Positions 16,916-24,360 are shown, numbered from the stretch's first letter. The stretch: DNA of 32,049 bases from a virus (IMGVR_UViG_3300006904_000017:1-32049); one strand, 5' to 3'. The notes: generated by a model from the letters alone, not told the origin. Numbers and translations: made by a program.

Positions 16916-17424
16916 TCTACTATGTCGAGCGGGAAGGGGGCGTATTTCAAGACTGGCCAGCAGACAAGCCAGCGTATATCGAAGACTGGCGGCTAGATGC
17001 CAAGCGCAAGTCCGCGGCCAAGGGACAGCAGTGGATCTGGATTGAAGGCGTACAGTGTCATGCGATATTCTTGGCCGACGGTCGAGCCTGGGACATCATT
17101 AACGGCTTTCGCAACACGGGCGACTGGCGCAAGATCCACAGGGTCTATCCCAACGCGCCTCCAGATTGGCGCAAGTGCCGCATGCCAGAGCAGGAAAAGG
17201 AAAAGGCATCAGCTTACGACGAGGCATTCAACTCTGACCTCTGTCTCACTTGCGGGCGACCTGCGCTGGAGTGCCAATGCAAGCCGGGCAGCATGCCTGT
17301 AAGCACTCCAGTCCCTACTCTCCAACCAGGCGACGTGTTCATCGGCTGCCCCAAATGCCTCAAAGTCATGTGTAAGGAATCGGATTCCCTTTGGCATTGC
17401 TTCAACTGTGGAAACGTTGTATAG
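16897..17424 (+). CDS. Hypothetical protein with C-terminal Zn ribbons
   Basis: GAGGAG RBS before ATG 16897. CLTC..CQC and CPKC...CFNC. Confidence 0.7.
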   Translation: MPRQTIVYYVEREGGVFQDWPADKPAYIEDWRLDAKRKSAAKGQQWIWIEGVQCHAIFLADGRAWDIINGFRNTGDWRKIHRVYPNAPPDWRKCRMPEQEKEKASAYDEAFNSDLCLTCGRPALECQCKPGSMPVSTPVPTLQPGDVFIGCPKCLKVMCKESDSLWHCFNCGNVV

Positions 17425-17429
17425 TTCAC

Positions 17430-17458
17430 TTGACAAACTTGCCCAATTCGGGCACCAT
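17430..17458 (+). promoter_or_regulatory. Sigma70-type promoter
   Basis: TTGACA-17 nt-CACCAT. Confidence 0.6.
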
Positions 17459-17504
17459 CATCGTCCGGGCTAATCCCGGCTTTATCAACCAACGGAGGTA
17501 TCAC

Positions 17505-18137
17505 ATGCAACTCAAGGTTCTGTCCACAGCCATCGTCGCCGGCCTCATGCAGCAAGCCGAGGCGCAGCGCGCAACAGGTGGCAACGGCCAACGCCAGGGC
17601 GGCTCAGCGGCTGCCAAGGTCAAGTTCAGCAAGAAGGAATACGACCTGGATACGAAGGTCGTGAGCTTCATCTTCGAGCCCGGCACGCCCAACGAGGAGA
17701 CCATCGAGCAGGACTTCAATCAGCTGCCAGCGGAAATCCAAGTCCAACTCGGCCTGCACGGCCTCAGCCAGAAGGGCGGCGACTCGTATGCCAGCGTCAA
17801 GGGCAACGTCACGCAGGCGAAGGCCAATCTCCGAGACATCCTCTCCCAGCTCGCTTCCGGCGAGTGGCGCGGCGCCGGAGACGAGGCGCGTCCTCGCCTG
17901 GCCGAGCTCGCCGAGGCCATTTCGAGGATCAAGGGCACCGATCTCGAGAAGACGAAACTCGCAGTCGAGAAGGCGACCGATGACCAGCGCAAGGGCTGGC
18001 GCTCCAACGCCGGCGTCAAGGCCATGATCGCGAAGATCCGCGCGGAGAAGGCTGCGAAAGCGGCCGAGACCGCAGGCGAGCAGGCGCTCGAGATCGAGGT
18101 GCCGGAACACGGCGAGGAGGAAAGCGCGCCGCAGTAG
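17505..18137 (+). CDS. Early protein, paralogue B
   Basis: 210 aa with GGAGGT RBS and strong codon bias. Contains LHGLSQKGGD, LASGEW, WRSNAGVKAMIAKIRAEKAAK. Confidence 0.85.
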   Translation: MQLKVLSTAIVAGLMQQAEAQRATGGNGQRQGGSAAAKVKFSKKEYDLDTKVVSFIFEPGTPNEETIEQDFNQLPAEIQVQLGLHGLSQKGGDSYASVKGNVTQAKANLRDILSQLASGEWRGAGDEARPRLAELAEAISRIKGTDLEKTKLAVEKATDDQRKGWRSNAGVKAMIAKIRAEKAAKAAETAGEQALEIEVPEHGEEESAPQ

Positions 18138-18139
18138 AG

Positions 18140-18359
18140 CAAGCAGGTCAACTCTAACGGAGGGCGTGCTGTGGGAACACGTATCCCTGTGAAGTTATTG
18201 ACCTCCACGTAGCACAAGGGCCGCTAGTACAGGGCCCTTTGACAGGGGATTGCAGCCCGAGCCGGTGACTCGGGGCCAAGGTCAGGCCTCACCAACCTGG
18301 TGCTTGGATTAAAGGTGGATCCCAGCTCAAAGGGTCTTGGTCGCGAAATAGAGTGCTTG
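18140..18359 (+). ncRNA. Candidate structured RNA (about 220 nt)
   Basis: No convincing ORF, and several nested complementary segments (see findings). Strand inferred from flanking transcription. Confidence 0.45.
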
Positions 18360-18386
18360 ACAAACTGACCGAACCATGTGCACAAT
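18357..18386 (+). promoter_or_regulatory. Sigma70-type promoter
   Basis: TTGACA-18 nt-CACAAT. Confidence 0.6.
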
Positions 18387-18408
18387 AATGGTGCGTTAAC
18401 CCGCACCT
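18376..18408. promoter_or_regulatory. 33-bp quasi-palindrome, copy 3 (overlaps -10 and predicted TSS)
   Basis: ATGTGC-AC-AATAA-TGGTGCG-TTAAC-CC-GCACCT. Confidence 0.65.
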
Positions 18409-18434
18409 TTATTCACCCTCACCTTGGAGATAAC

Positions 18435-18623
18435 ATGAGCAATTCCGCAACTCCACTCCCGCCCGCATCCCAGGCGTGCTGTGAGCGCATCCTGAGCACA
18501 GACGAGTTCACATGGCGCAAAGCCCTGATCGAGCTCGCCGTGCTGGAGGGCAAACTTCCACTGGAAAAGGTCACCGAGGCGAACATCTGCATGGCTCCGT
18601 GGCAAGGAAGGGGGATTCAATGA
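18435..18623 (+). CDS. Hypothetical protein
   Basis: GGAG RBS, 62 aa MSNSATPLPP..., coupled to the next gene. Confidence 0.65.
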   Translation: MSNSATPLPPASQACCERILSTDEFTWRKALIELAVLEGKLPLEKVTEANICMAPWQGRGIQ

Positions 18624-18790
18624 CACAAGCGGAATACAACCAAATCCTAGCGCTCACGGATCGCTATACCGACGAGCAGTTGAGACGCGCAGCCGTGTTC
18701 TACAGCAACTCGCCTGATGGGCAGTGGGATGACGTGGCCTGCTTCTGCATCCAGATGGTTCTCGCGCGAAGGGAGCTCAATCGTGACTGA
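18620..18790 (+). CDS. Hypothetical protein
   Basis: ATGA coupling, 56 aa MTQAEYNQIL... Confidence 0.65.
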   Translation: MTQAEYNQILALTDRYTDEQLRRAAVFYSNSPDGQWDDVACFCIQMVLARRELNRD

Positions 18791-19385
18791 CAAACCCACC
18801 GCTGACGCCGAATTGCTCGCGTTCATCGCTGAACTCGATCAGGCGTTCCCGGCCAAAGGCAAAAAGAAACCCACTGACATTGAGCTCGCTCAAGCAGCCA
18901 ACAAGGCGTTCCACGCAGCCAATCCCAAAATACAGGGCGGGCTAGGTAAGTCGCCCGAGCGGCTCAATCCTGAGGACTCCAGTCAGTGGCGTCCTATCGC
19001 CAAGATCACGCACGTCGTCAGGCAAGGTTGCCGCTGCTGCAATGGCCACGTCGACTTCATAGGCGGCGAGTACATCAAATTCGTCAGCGTGATGCCATTC
19101 GGAGGCGAGGTACTCCGCCGCAGCGAGCATTGCGCAGACCTATTCCTGTTCCACTCGATCGAGCAACCCCTCGAGGACATCATCGAGTGGCACAGCCAAG
19201 ACGTGGCCCGATGCCCAGGCTGCATCGCCGTCGAGCAACAGGCGGTCGAGATCTGGGAAGCGGCGCTGGAGCAGGAAAGGACGCAGTACAGGCAGGCGGT
19301 ATTGGACGTCACGCTGCCGCTGCCGGACAAGGTCGCCAAGTCCACAGGCGAAATCACAATCGAGATCGAAGGAGAGGTCAAGTGA
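18783..19385 (+). CDS. Hypothetical protein with CRCC/CPGC Zn-ribbon motifs
   Basis: GTG start with GGAG RBS, 200 aa. Confidence 0.75.
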   Translation: MTDKPTADAELLAFIAELDQAFPAKGKKKPTDIELAQAANKAFHAANPKIQGGLGKSPERLNPEDSSQWRPIAKITHVVRQGCRCCNGHVDFIGGEYIKFVSVMPFGGEVLRRSEHCADLFLFHSIEQPLEDIIEWHSQDVARCPGCIAVEQQAVEIWEAALEQERTQYRQAVLDVTLPLPDKVAKSTGEITIEIEGEVK

Positions 19386-19585
19386 AACAAGTCATAATCG
19401 CTTTCCGTGACGACAGTGGAGTGCTCACCTCGCACCAAGTAGCGAGCGAGGGCGAAGCCGAGCGTCGCAACAAGCAGAACGAGGATCTCGGAGTCGAGGA
19501 GTACGGCTTCTGGCAGGTGCTTGCAGTGATCGACATGCCCTCGCTCGATGCGGCCAAGGCGTGGTTCTATTCGAGGAGACCATAA
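19382..19585 (+). CDS. Hypothetical protein
   Basis: GTGA coupling, 67 aa MKQVIIAFRDD... Confidence 0.65.
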   Translation: MKQVIIAFRDDSGVLTSHQVASEGEAERRNKQNEDLGVEEYGFWQVLAVIDMPSLDAAKAWFYSRRP

Positions 19586-19803
19586 TGGCCCAAGCGTTCA
19601 TCGGCAACCAGCAAGACGTAGTCTACGGAGCTGGGCTCCTGCTCGGCAACAACATCGAGGTCAAGCTCATCCCTGTCGACGAGAGCAAGGCCATACTTTG
19701 GCTGAAAGAGGAACTCGACTCCGAAATGTTGGAAGAGTTCCAAGCCAACATGCAGAACGGCATGGGAGTAACACTCGAACCCCGCAGCGAGGGGCCATAC
19801 TAA
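19585..19803 (+). CDS. Hypothetical protein
   Basis: TAATG coupling, GAGGAG RBS, 72 aa. Confidence 0.7.
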   Translation: MAQAFIGNQQDVVYGAGLLLGNNIEVKLIPVDESKAILWLKEELDSEMLEEFQANMQNGMGVTLEPRSEGPY

Positions 19804-20177
19804 TGGCCTGGACTCTCATCCCAGGCGTCAAGCAGGACCACAGGGGTAGGTTCTTCCAGATCGCCGTCAACTCTCGAGGCAGACAAGACCTCGTCTACGT
19901 ACAACCCAGTCCGGACACCCCGCTCGCTCGCACGATTCCTGTGCGCGAACCGCCAGCGCCAAAGGAAAAGCCGCTCGTCACCACAGGCGTAGACACCAAG
20001 CGGCCGGTGATCCACAGGCCAGTTCGCAAGTGCGTGTGCGAGTTTCGCTACAAAACAGGCCAAAGCATCAACACGGTCAAGCGCGATATTTTCGCCAACT
20101 TCGAACACGCGCTAAGCAATCTGCACAACCAGTGTGATTTTCACGTCTTCTACCACGTTGAGGAGAAGGTGACATGA
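19803..20177 (+). CDS. Hypothetical protein
   Basis: TAATG coupling, 124 aa MAWTLIPGVKQD... Confidence 0.7.
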   Translation: MAWTLIPGVKQDHRGRFFQIAVNSRGRQDLVYVQPSPDTPLARTIPVREPPAPKEKPLVTTGVDTKRPVIHRPVRKCVCEFRYKTGQSINTVKRDIFANFEHALSNLHNQCDFHVFYHVEEKVT

Positions 20178-20299
20178 TCGGCAAGCACTGTGGTCAGCGT
20201 CTAGCACGCATCAGCCCGCAGGGCGTGAGCAAGATTTGGTGGCGGTGTCTGATCTGCAACAGGTGGTTTACTCAGCGCACTCGACGAGCTAAGTCATGA
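20174..20299 (+). CDS. 41-aa basic Zn-ribbon microprotein
   Basis: MIGKHCGQRLARISPQGVSKIWWRCLICNRWFTQRTRRAKS. ATGA overlaps at both ends. Confidence 0.65.
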   Translation: MIGKHCGQRLARISPQGVSKIWWRCLICNRWFTQRTRRAKS

Positions 20300-20592
20300 A
20301 GCGCATCGCCTCTTCCTTCGCCACGGTCATCGGCCTGCAGATATCGGCCAAGTACGGCCGGCGCCACGGCTATCGTCGTTACAACGGCTACGTCAAGCTC
20401 AGCGATGAGCAGATAATCGAGGCACGGCGCCTACACGAGTCTCAAGGGTTCAGCGCGCGGCAACTGCTTTTTCGCTTCGATTTACCTGAAACCGAATCCA
20501 ACCTCATATGGATGAGGAACGTACTCAATTACAGTCTTCGCAGCAGTCCCACTAACCCACGCGATCCCAGCGTGGAAACCAAGGAGAAGTAA
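20296..20592 (+). CDS. Putative HTH DNA-binding protein
   Basis: KLSDEQIIEARRL...GFSARQL...F pattern. Confidence 0.6.
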   Translation: MKRIASSFATVIGLQISAKYGRRHGYRRYNGYVKLSDEQIIEARRLHESQGFSARQLLFRFDLPETESNLIWMRNVLNYSLRSSPTNPRDPSVETKEK

Positions 20593-20892
20593 ATGTCCGC
20601 GAGTCAAGCATTTGCGCTGAAGAAGAAGGTCCTAGGCGATCACGCAGCGCAGAACCCCAACAACACTCTCCTGCTCATCGGAGACGCGATGTTCACGTCC
20701 TACGTGAAGGACGGCAAGCAGGTGCTTCGCTACCTGGACACCTGGACTGGCGTCGAGCAGGAGACGACGTTCGACAGCGAGGTGGAAATGTGCTGGTTCC
20801 TCGGCTCCTTTCTCATGAACGACGAGGGACCGGACGACGAGTTCATGAAGCGGTTCCCTGCGGAGTTCCAGGAGCCAGGAGCGCCTGCGTGA
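20593..20892 (+). CDS. Hypothetical protein
   Basis: AAGGAG RBS, 99 aa. Confidence 0.75.
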   Translation: MSASQAFALKKKVLGDHAAQNPNNTLLLIGDAMFTSYVKDGKQVLRYLDTWTGVEQETTFDSEVEMCWFLGSFLMNDEGPDDEFMKRFPAEFQEPGAPA

Positions 20893-21266
20893 GCATCGAG
20901 TACTACCCCTCCCAGGTAGGGCCCAGCTTCTACAAGGTCACCAAGTTCCTTGACGCAGCTGAGCCCGACAACGTGTACTTTGTGACCATGGTCAGGCGCG
21001 GCGACAAGCGCTTCGACAAGGGTCACACTGACCCGCAGATGCACTGTGACTGCCCTAACAGACGCCGGGGTAAGCACATCAACGACAAGCATGGCGTCAT
21101 GATCAGCAAATGGCTCCTTGCAAGCAAACCGCAAGGCTACTTCGACGAACATGGAGAGTGGCATGGAACAGGACACCTCGCAGAAAACCCCTTTGACACC
21201 GCCGAGGAGGCTGGTGATCCAGGGGCTGAAGTTGACGAAGCCGACGATCAACACGGGCAGGTATGA
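20889..21266 (+). CDS. SWIM-like Zn-finger protein
   Basis: GTGA coupling. Y.V...HCDCP...DKH is SWIM-like, with Asp in place of the third Cys. Confidence 0.6.
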   Translation: MSIEYYPSQVGPSFYKVTKFLDAAEPDNVYFVTMVRRGDKRFDKGHTDPQMHCDCPNRRRGKHINDKHGVMISKWLLASKPQGYFDEHGEWHGTGHLAENPFDTAEEAGDPGAEVDEADDQHGQV

Positions 21267-21390
21267 CGTGAGCGACGAGGAGTTCGGCGTCAAGCTCAAG
21301 TCCGGCGTGTATCTGGTTACCAAGGCGCTGCTCGAGGCCTTCGGAGACATGCCGCGAAGGATCAGGATCACGGTCGAGGAGGAGATGTGA
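21163..21390 (+). CDS. Small beta-rich hypothetical protein
   Basis: LKLTKPTINTGRY...GVYLVTKALL...PRRIRITVE. Start uncertain; overlaps the upstream gene. Confidence 0.6.
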   Translation: MEQDTSQKTPLTPPRRLVIQGLKLTKPTINTGRYDVSDEEFGVKLKSGVYLVTKALLEAFGDMPRRIRITVEEEM

Positions 21391-21542
21391 TGCCAGACAA
21401 GATCGAAATGACACCTGAAGAGATCTGGCAGTGGATAGTTCTCGGCCTAGAGAAAGGCAACTACGAAGCTGCCAGACGGTTGTTCGAAGACCTGGTTACC
21501 GAATACCAGAACCGCAATCGCGCGACTGGCAAACACGACTAA
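21390..21542 (+). CDS. 50-aa TPR-like microprotein
   Basis: MPDKIEMTPEEIWQWIVLGLEKGNYEAARRLFEDLVTEYQNRNRATGKHD. TGATG coupling, GGAGGAG RBS. Confidence 0.65.
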   Translation: MPDKIEMTPEEIWQWIVLGLEKGNYEAARRLFEDLVTEYQNRNRATGKHD

Positions 21543-21554
21543 GGAGCTCGAGAC

Positions 21555-21758
21555 ATGAAGGAAGAGCACCTCGGCGATTACCTTTACGTGTCGGTCAACA
21601 CTGAAGGTAACATTGTCCTTACGGACAAAGAAGTAGACGACCGTGACAACGAGCACGTTCTGGCTCAGATCGTTCTCACACCTGAACATTATGCAGGCCT
21701 TATGGACTACATAACTCGAGCCATGATCGAGCTTTTACCTCAAAGGAGCAAGCGGTGA
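21555..21758 (+). CDS. Hypothetical protein
   Basis: TAAGGAG RBS, HLGDYLYV motif. Confidence 0.75.
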   Translation: MKEEHLGDYLYVSVNTEGNIVLTDKEVDDRDNEHVLAQIVLTPEHYAGLMDYITRAMIELLPQRSKR

Positions 21759-21940
21759 ACAAGGCTGTCATTGGACTGGTGATCTTCGTCTCCTTCCTCG
21801 CCGGTTACCTGATCGGCGCCGTCAGCATGCTGCTCCTTCCCGAGCCGGACATACTCGACTGCATTACCGAGGCCGAGTGCGCGATGGATCAGGCCGTCGG
21901 CATGGCCAAGCTGCAGCGCCCAGCAAGGATCGCGCTATGA
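21755..21940 (+). CDS. Small membrane protein
   Basis: N-terminal hydrophobic helix AVIGLVIFVSFLAGYLIGAVSMLLL. AAAGGAG RBS. Confidence 0.7.
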   Translation: MNKAVIGLVIFVSFLAGYLIGAVSMLLLPEPDILDCITEAECAMDQAVGMAKLQRPARIAL

Positions 21941-22326
21941 AAGGCATCATCACCAAGGAGATAGCCAACGATCTGGTCGACACGTCGAATAAGGTAATCG
22001 ATCAGCATGTCGAACACCTCCCCTCATTCATGAAGTCACGGGCCATTCAGGAGGTCAACCGCCTCGCAGTGGAGTTCGACATTGACCTGGACTTGGCGCG
22101 CGCCTTGCACGTCATTGGCACTAACACCGTCGCTAGGATGCTCATCGACTGTGTTCACATGCGAGACGACGTCGCCGAGAAAGCGATGTTGGTTCACCTG
22201 CGTATGGCAATAGTGTGCGCGGACTCCCTCGCTCGCTTTGCAGGAGTCTCTAACGCTCGCTTGCGGACCATCGTCAAGGAGAGCATCCGTTACGGAGCGG
22301 AGATGTACGTCCGAGGTGAGGGATGA
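21937..22326 (+). CDS. Hypothetical helical protein
   Basis: ATGA coupling, 129 aa. Confidence 0.7.
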   Translation: MKGIITKEIANDLVDTSNKVIDQHVEHLPSFMKSRAIQEVNRLAVEFDIDLDLARALHVIGTNTVARMLIDCVHMRDDVAEKAMLVHLRMAIVCADSLARFAGVSNARLRTIVKESIRYGAEMYVRGEG

Positions 22327-22670
22327 GCGAAGAGCGGGCCAAGCGCATGCAGGAGCGGTTTGACGCGCTCAAACGTGCAGTGGAGATGACACACGGCAAG
22401 GACATTGCGTTCGCCGCTGGCGCCTGTGCCTGGCTCATGGCGATCGAGCGCAGCGTGTGCGACAGTATGGAGATACTCGGAGACAACTCCGACCAGTACG
22501 CCCCCAACAGGCACCACCGGCTGGACGAATTCAAGCAGGAAGTTCGCCAAGAGCTGCAAGGCTTTCACCAGGCCCTTTGTGTTCACCTTGGCGTCCCGCA
22601 CGAGGCGGCACTCAAAACCAGCCACCATTTCGACCAATTCCTGCGAGACATGTTCGGAGGGAAAGGATAA
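22323..22670 (+). CDS. Hypothetical helical protein
   Basis: ATGA coupling, GAGGT RBS, 115 aa. Confidence 0.7.
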   Translation: MSEERAKRMQERFDALKRAVEMTHGKDIAFAAGACAWLMAIERSVCDSMEILGDNSDQYAPNRHHRLDEFKQEVRQELQGFHQALCVHLGVPHEAALKTSHHFDQFLRDMFGGKG

Positions 22671-22894
22671 TGCGCTGGCATGTCAACACCACAGCAGTAC
22701 TCACAGGTGCGCTCGAGTGGCGCCTGTTCGTCGACCGCCTAGTAATCACTAACCAGCGCAACTCGGTAGAGGTACTAGCGTACCAGGGTCTGAATCTCAT
22801 CGCCTCTCTCGAGAGCAACAGACCGCTAAACCCTGGCGAAAGCCTTACGCTGTCGGACCTTCAACTCCTCATTCAAGCAAAGGTCAGTACATGA
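22670..22894 (+). CDS. Hypothetical protein
   Basis: TAATG coupling, 74 aa. Confidence 0.65.
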   Translation: MRWHVNTTAVLTGALEWRLFVDRLVITNQRNSVEVLAYQGLNLIASLESNRPLNPGESLTLSDLQLLIQAKVST

Positions 22895-23280
22895 AACTCC
22901 AGGACATTCGCGTCCGAGGCGGACAACATCACGACTTCGACCGCGCGCTCGACGCTCACGCCCTGTACCTCGGCTGCCAGCTACACCTCAAGCGTGAGCC
23001 GAACAACCCGTACGACCCTAACGCCATAGCGGCCTACGTCCGCCTCGACACTAACGGCCGAGAGGACTGGAAAATCGGCTACGTGGCCGCACAGATAGCC
23101 GCGCGCTTCGCCTGGCGCATGGACAACGGAGCGGTCGTGCACAACTGCATGGTCACCAGGTTAGACAAGAAAGGGCTGAACGCAAGCCTGGACTTGCGGG
23201 GAGGGTGGAGGAACCACGCGACGGAGGAGCAAGAGAACAAAGCTCAGATCGACAAGCTCGACGATGACATTCCTTTCTAA
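22891..23280 (+). CDS. HIRAN-domain protein with SSB-like DDDIPF tail
   Basis: LKREPNNPYDPNAIAAY...KIGYV is the HIRAN signature. Ends in DDDIPF. Confidence 0.85.
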   Translation: MKLQDIRVRGGQHHDFDRALDAHALYLGCQLHLKREPNNPYDPNAIAAYVRLDTNGREDWKIGYVAAQIAARFAWRMDNGAVVHNCMVTRLDKKGLNASLDLRGGWRNHATEEQENKAQIDKLDDDIPF

Positions 23281-23458
23281 ACTGTTCAGTCGCAAGGCGC
23301 GCCAGCAGTCGCGCTACGAACAGGGCTACACGTGGGCGAAAGACGAGCTCCACAAAGGCAACTACGACTACGTCGAGGCGTGCGGCTACGACCCCTATCA
23401 TCAGGACGCCTTTAACGAAGGCATCAAGCAAGCCCTTAGGGACTGGAATCTTCAGTGA
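23264..23458 (+). CDS. Hypothetical protein
   Basis: 64 aa, YEQGYTWA...DAFNEGIKQAL. Confidence 0.65.
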   Translation: MTFLSKLFSRKARQQSRYEQGYTWAKDELHKGNYDYVEACGYDPYHQDAFNEGIKQALRDWNLQ

Positions 23459-23616
23459 ACCACTGCAAGTGCAGCGCCTATCCATATCCTCACCGCGCAG
23501 GAGGCGGTAAATGCAAAGCCAAACCAATGACCACCCTGCAGTACAGGCAGTCGCGGAAGCGTCCGCGTACTGGATTCCGCAAGAGAAACTCGGGGTCCTC
23601 GAAGGGGAAGCCTTAG
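23455..23616 (+). CDS. 53-aa Cys/His microprotein
   Basis: GTGA coupling. Contains CKCSAYPYPHRAGGGKC. Overlaps the next gene. Confidence 0.5.
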   Translation: MNHCKCSAYPYPHRAGGGKCKAKPMTTLQYRQSRKRPRTGFRKRNSGSSKGKP

Positions 23617-23852
23617 ACCTCTGCTTCCGCATCGGCCAGACGAAGCGCGAACTCCAGGGCCGTTTCCGCAACCTGGGGCGCGCGCTCAAGCTTCTCAAGA
23701 TGGTCCCAGCAAAGGAAACCATCCTCAAGATGGGCCTCGGCTGTGACAGCAACGGCAGGCGTGGGCTGTACATCTCCTGCGTCGCCGCAGTGAAGGTGAT
23801 CGAGCAGGCGCCCGAACCGCAAACGCTGCCGTCAGTGGGGAGGGGAATATGA
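23511..23852 (+). CDS. Hypothetical protein
   Basis: AGGAGG RBS, 113 aa. Confidence 0.65.
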   Translation: MQSQTNDHPAVQAVAEASAYWIPQEKLGVLEGEALDLCFRIGQTKRELQGRFRNLGRALKLLKMVPAKETILKMGLGCDSNGRRGLYISCVAAVKVIEQAPEPQTLPSVGRGI

Positions 23853-24073
23853 GCCAGTGGGCATACGTCAAGGACGAGAACGGCGACCTGGTTAACTTGC
23901 ACAAGATGGAAGCCATACAGCTGTCGCAACCCGATCCTGACTCCGAAGTCAGAACGGTAATGGCAGTACCTCCTGGCAACGGCGAAGAGGGATACGTCCT
24001 CTTTCGGGGCGAGGAGGAGATGTGCACGAAGTACCTCGAGAACCTGTTTGTCGCCATTGCGCTGGATATCTAA
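23849..24073 (+). CDS. Hypothetical protein
   Basis: ATGA coupling, 74 aa with GDLVNL..MEAI. Confidence 0.7.
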   Translation: MSQWAYVKDENGDLVNLHKMEAIQLSQPDPDSEVRTVMAVPPGNGEEGYVLFRGEEEMCTKYLENLFVAIALDI

Positions 24074-24360
24074 TGGCCAAGCCCGGACGCAAGCCACTCG
24101 CGGTGCCTCGCCAGCTGTACCGCTTCTACTGCCGTACGGATCTCATCGCCGAGCTCGAGCTCCTTCTCGAGGACCCTGTGCGCGGCGGCGCCAGGTATGG
24201 CGCACGTACTGAGTACCTCGAGGCGCTGATCGAGAAGGACCTACGCGAGCGAAGAGTCCGCTTGACAACTGAACCCCGCGCGCGTACCATGAACGACGTT
24301 GCTTCAGACATTTCGCCGGTTAAGGAGCCGGCACCAGATGGAACAGATTCAAGCACTTGA
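24073..24360 (+). CDS. Putative ribbon-helix-helix-like DNA-binding protein
   Basis: Basic PGRKP N-terminus, beta strand LYRFYC, helix DLIAELELLL, then YGARTEYLEALIEKDL. TAATG coupling. Confidence 0.6.
   Translation: MAKPGRKPLAVPRQLYRFYCRTDLIAELELLLEDPVRGGARYGARTEYLEALIEKDLRERRVRLTTEPRARTMNDVASDISPVKEPAPDGTDSST
24262..24290 (+). promoter_or_regulatory. Sigma70-type promoter (intragenic)
   Basis: TTGACA-17 nt-TACCAT, upstream of ATG 24338. Confidence 0.65.

Noticed and set aside
18239-18244. Additional TTGACA
   Set aside because: No plausible -10 box at 16-18 nt; it lies within an RNA-like stem.
18245-18330. tRNA or twister ribozyme within the structured region
   Set aside because: No TTC-containing T-loop or CCA-type acceptor, and no twister core motifs. 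Kept only as an unknown structured RNA.
23886-23904. TTAACTTGCACA half-match to the 33-bp motif
   Set aside because: Only one arm matches and it lies inside a CDS; probably chance.
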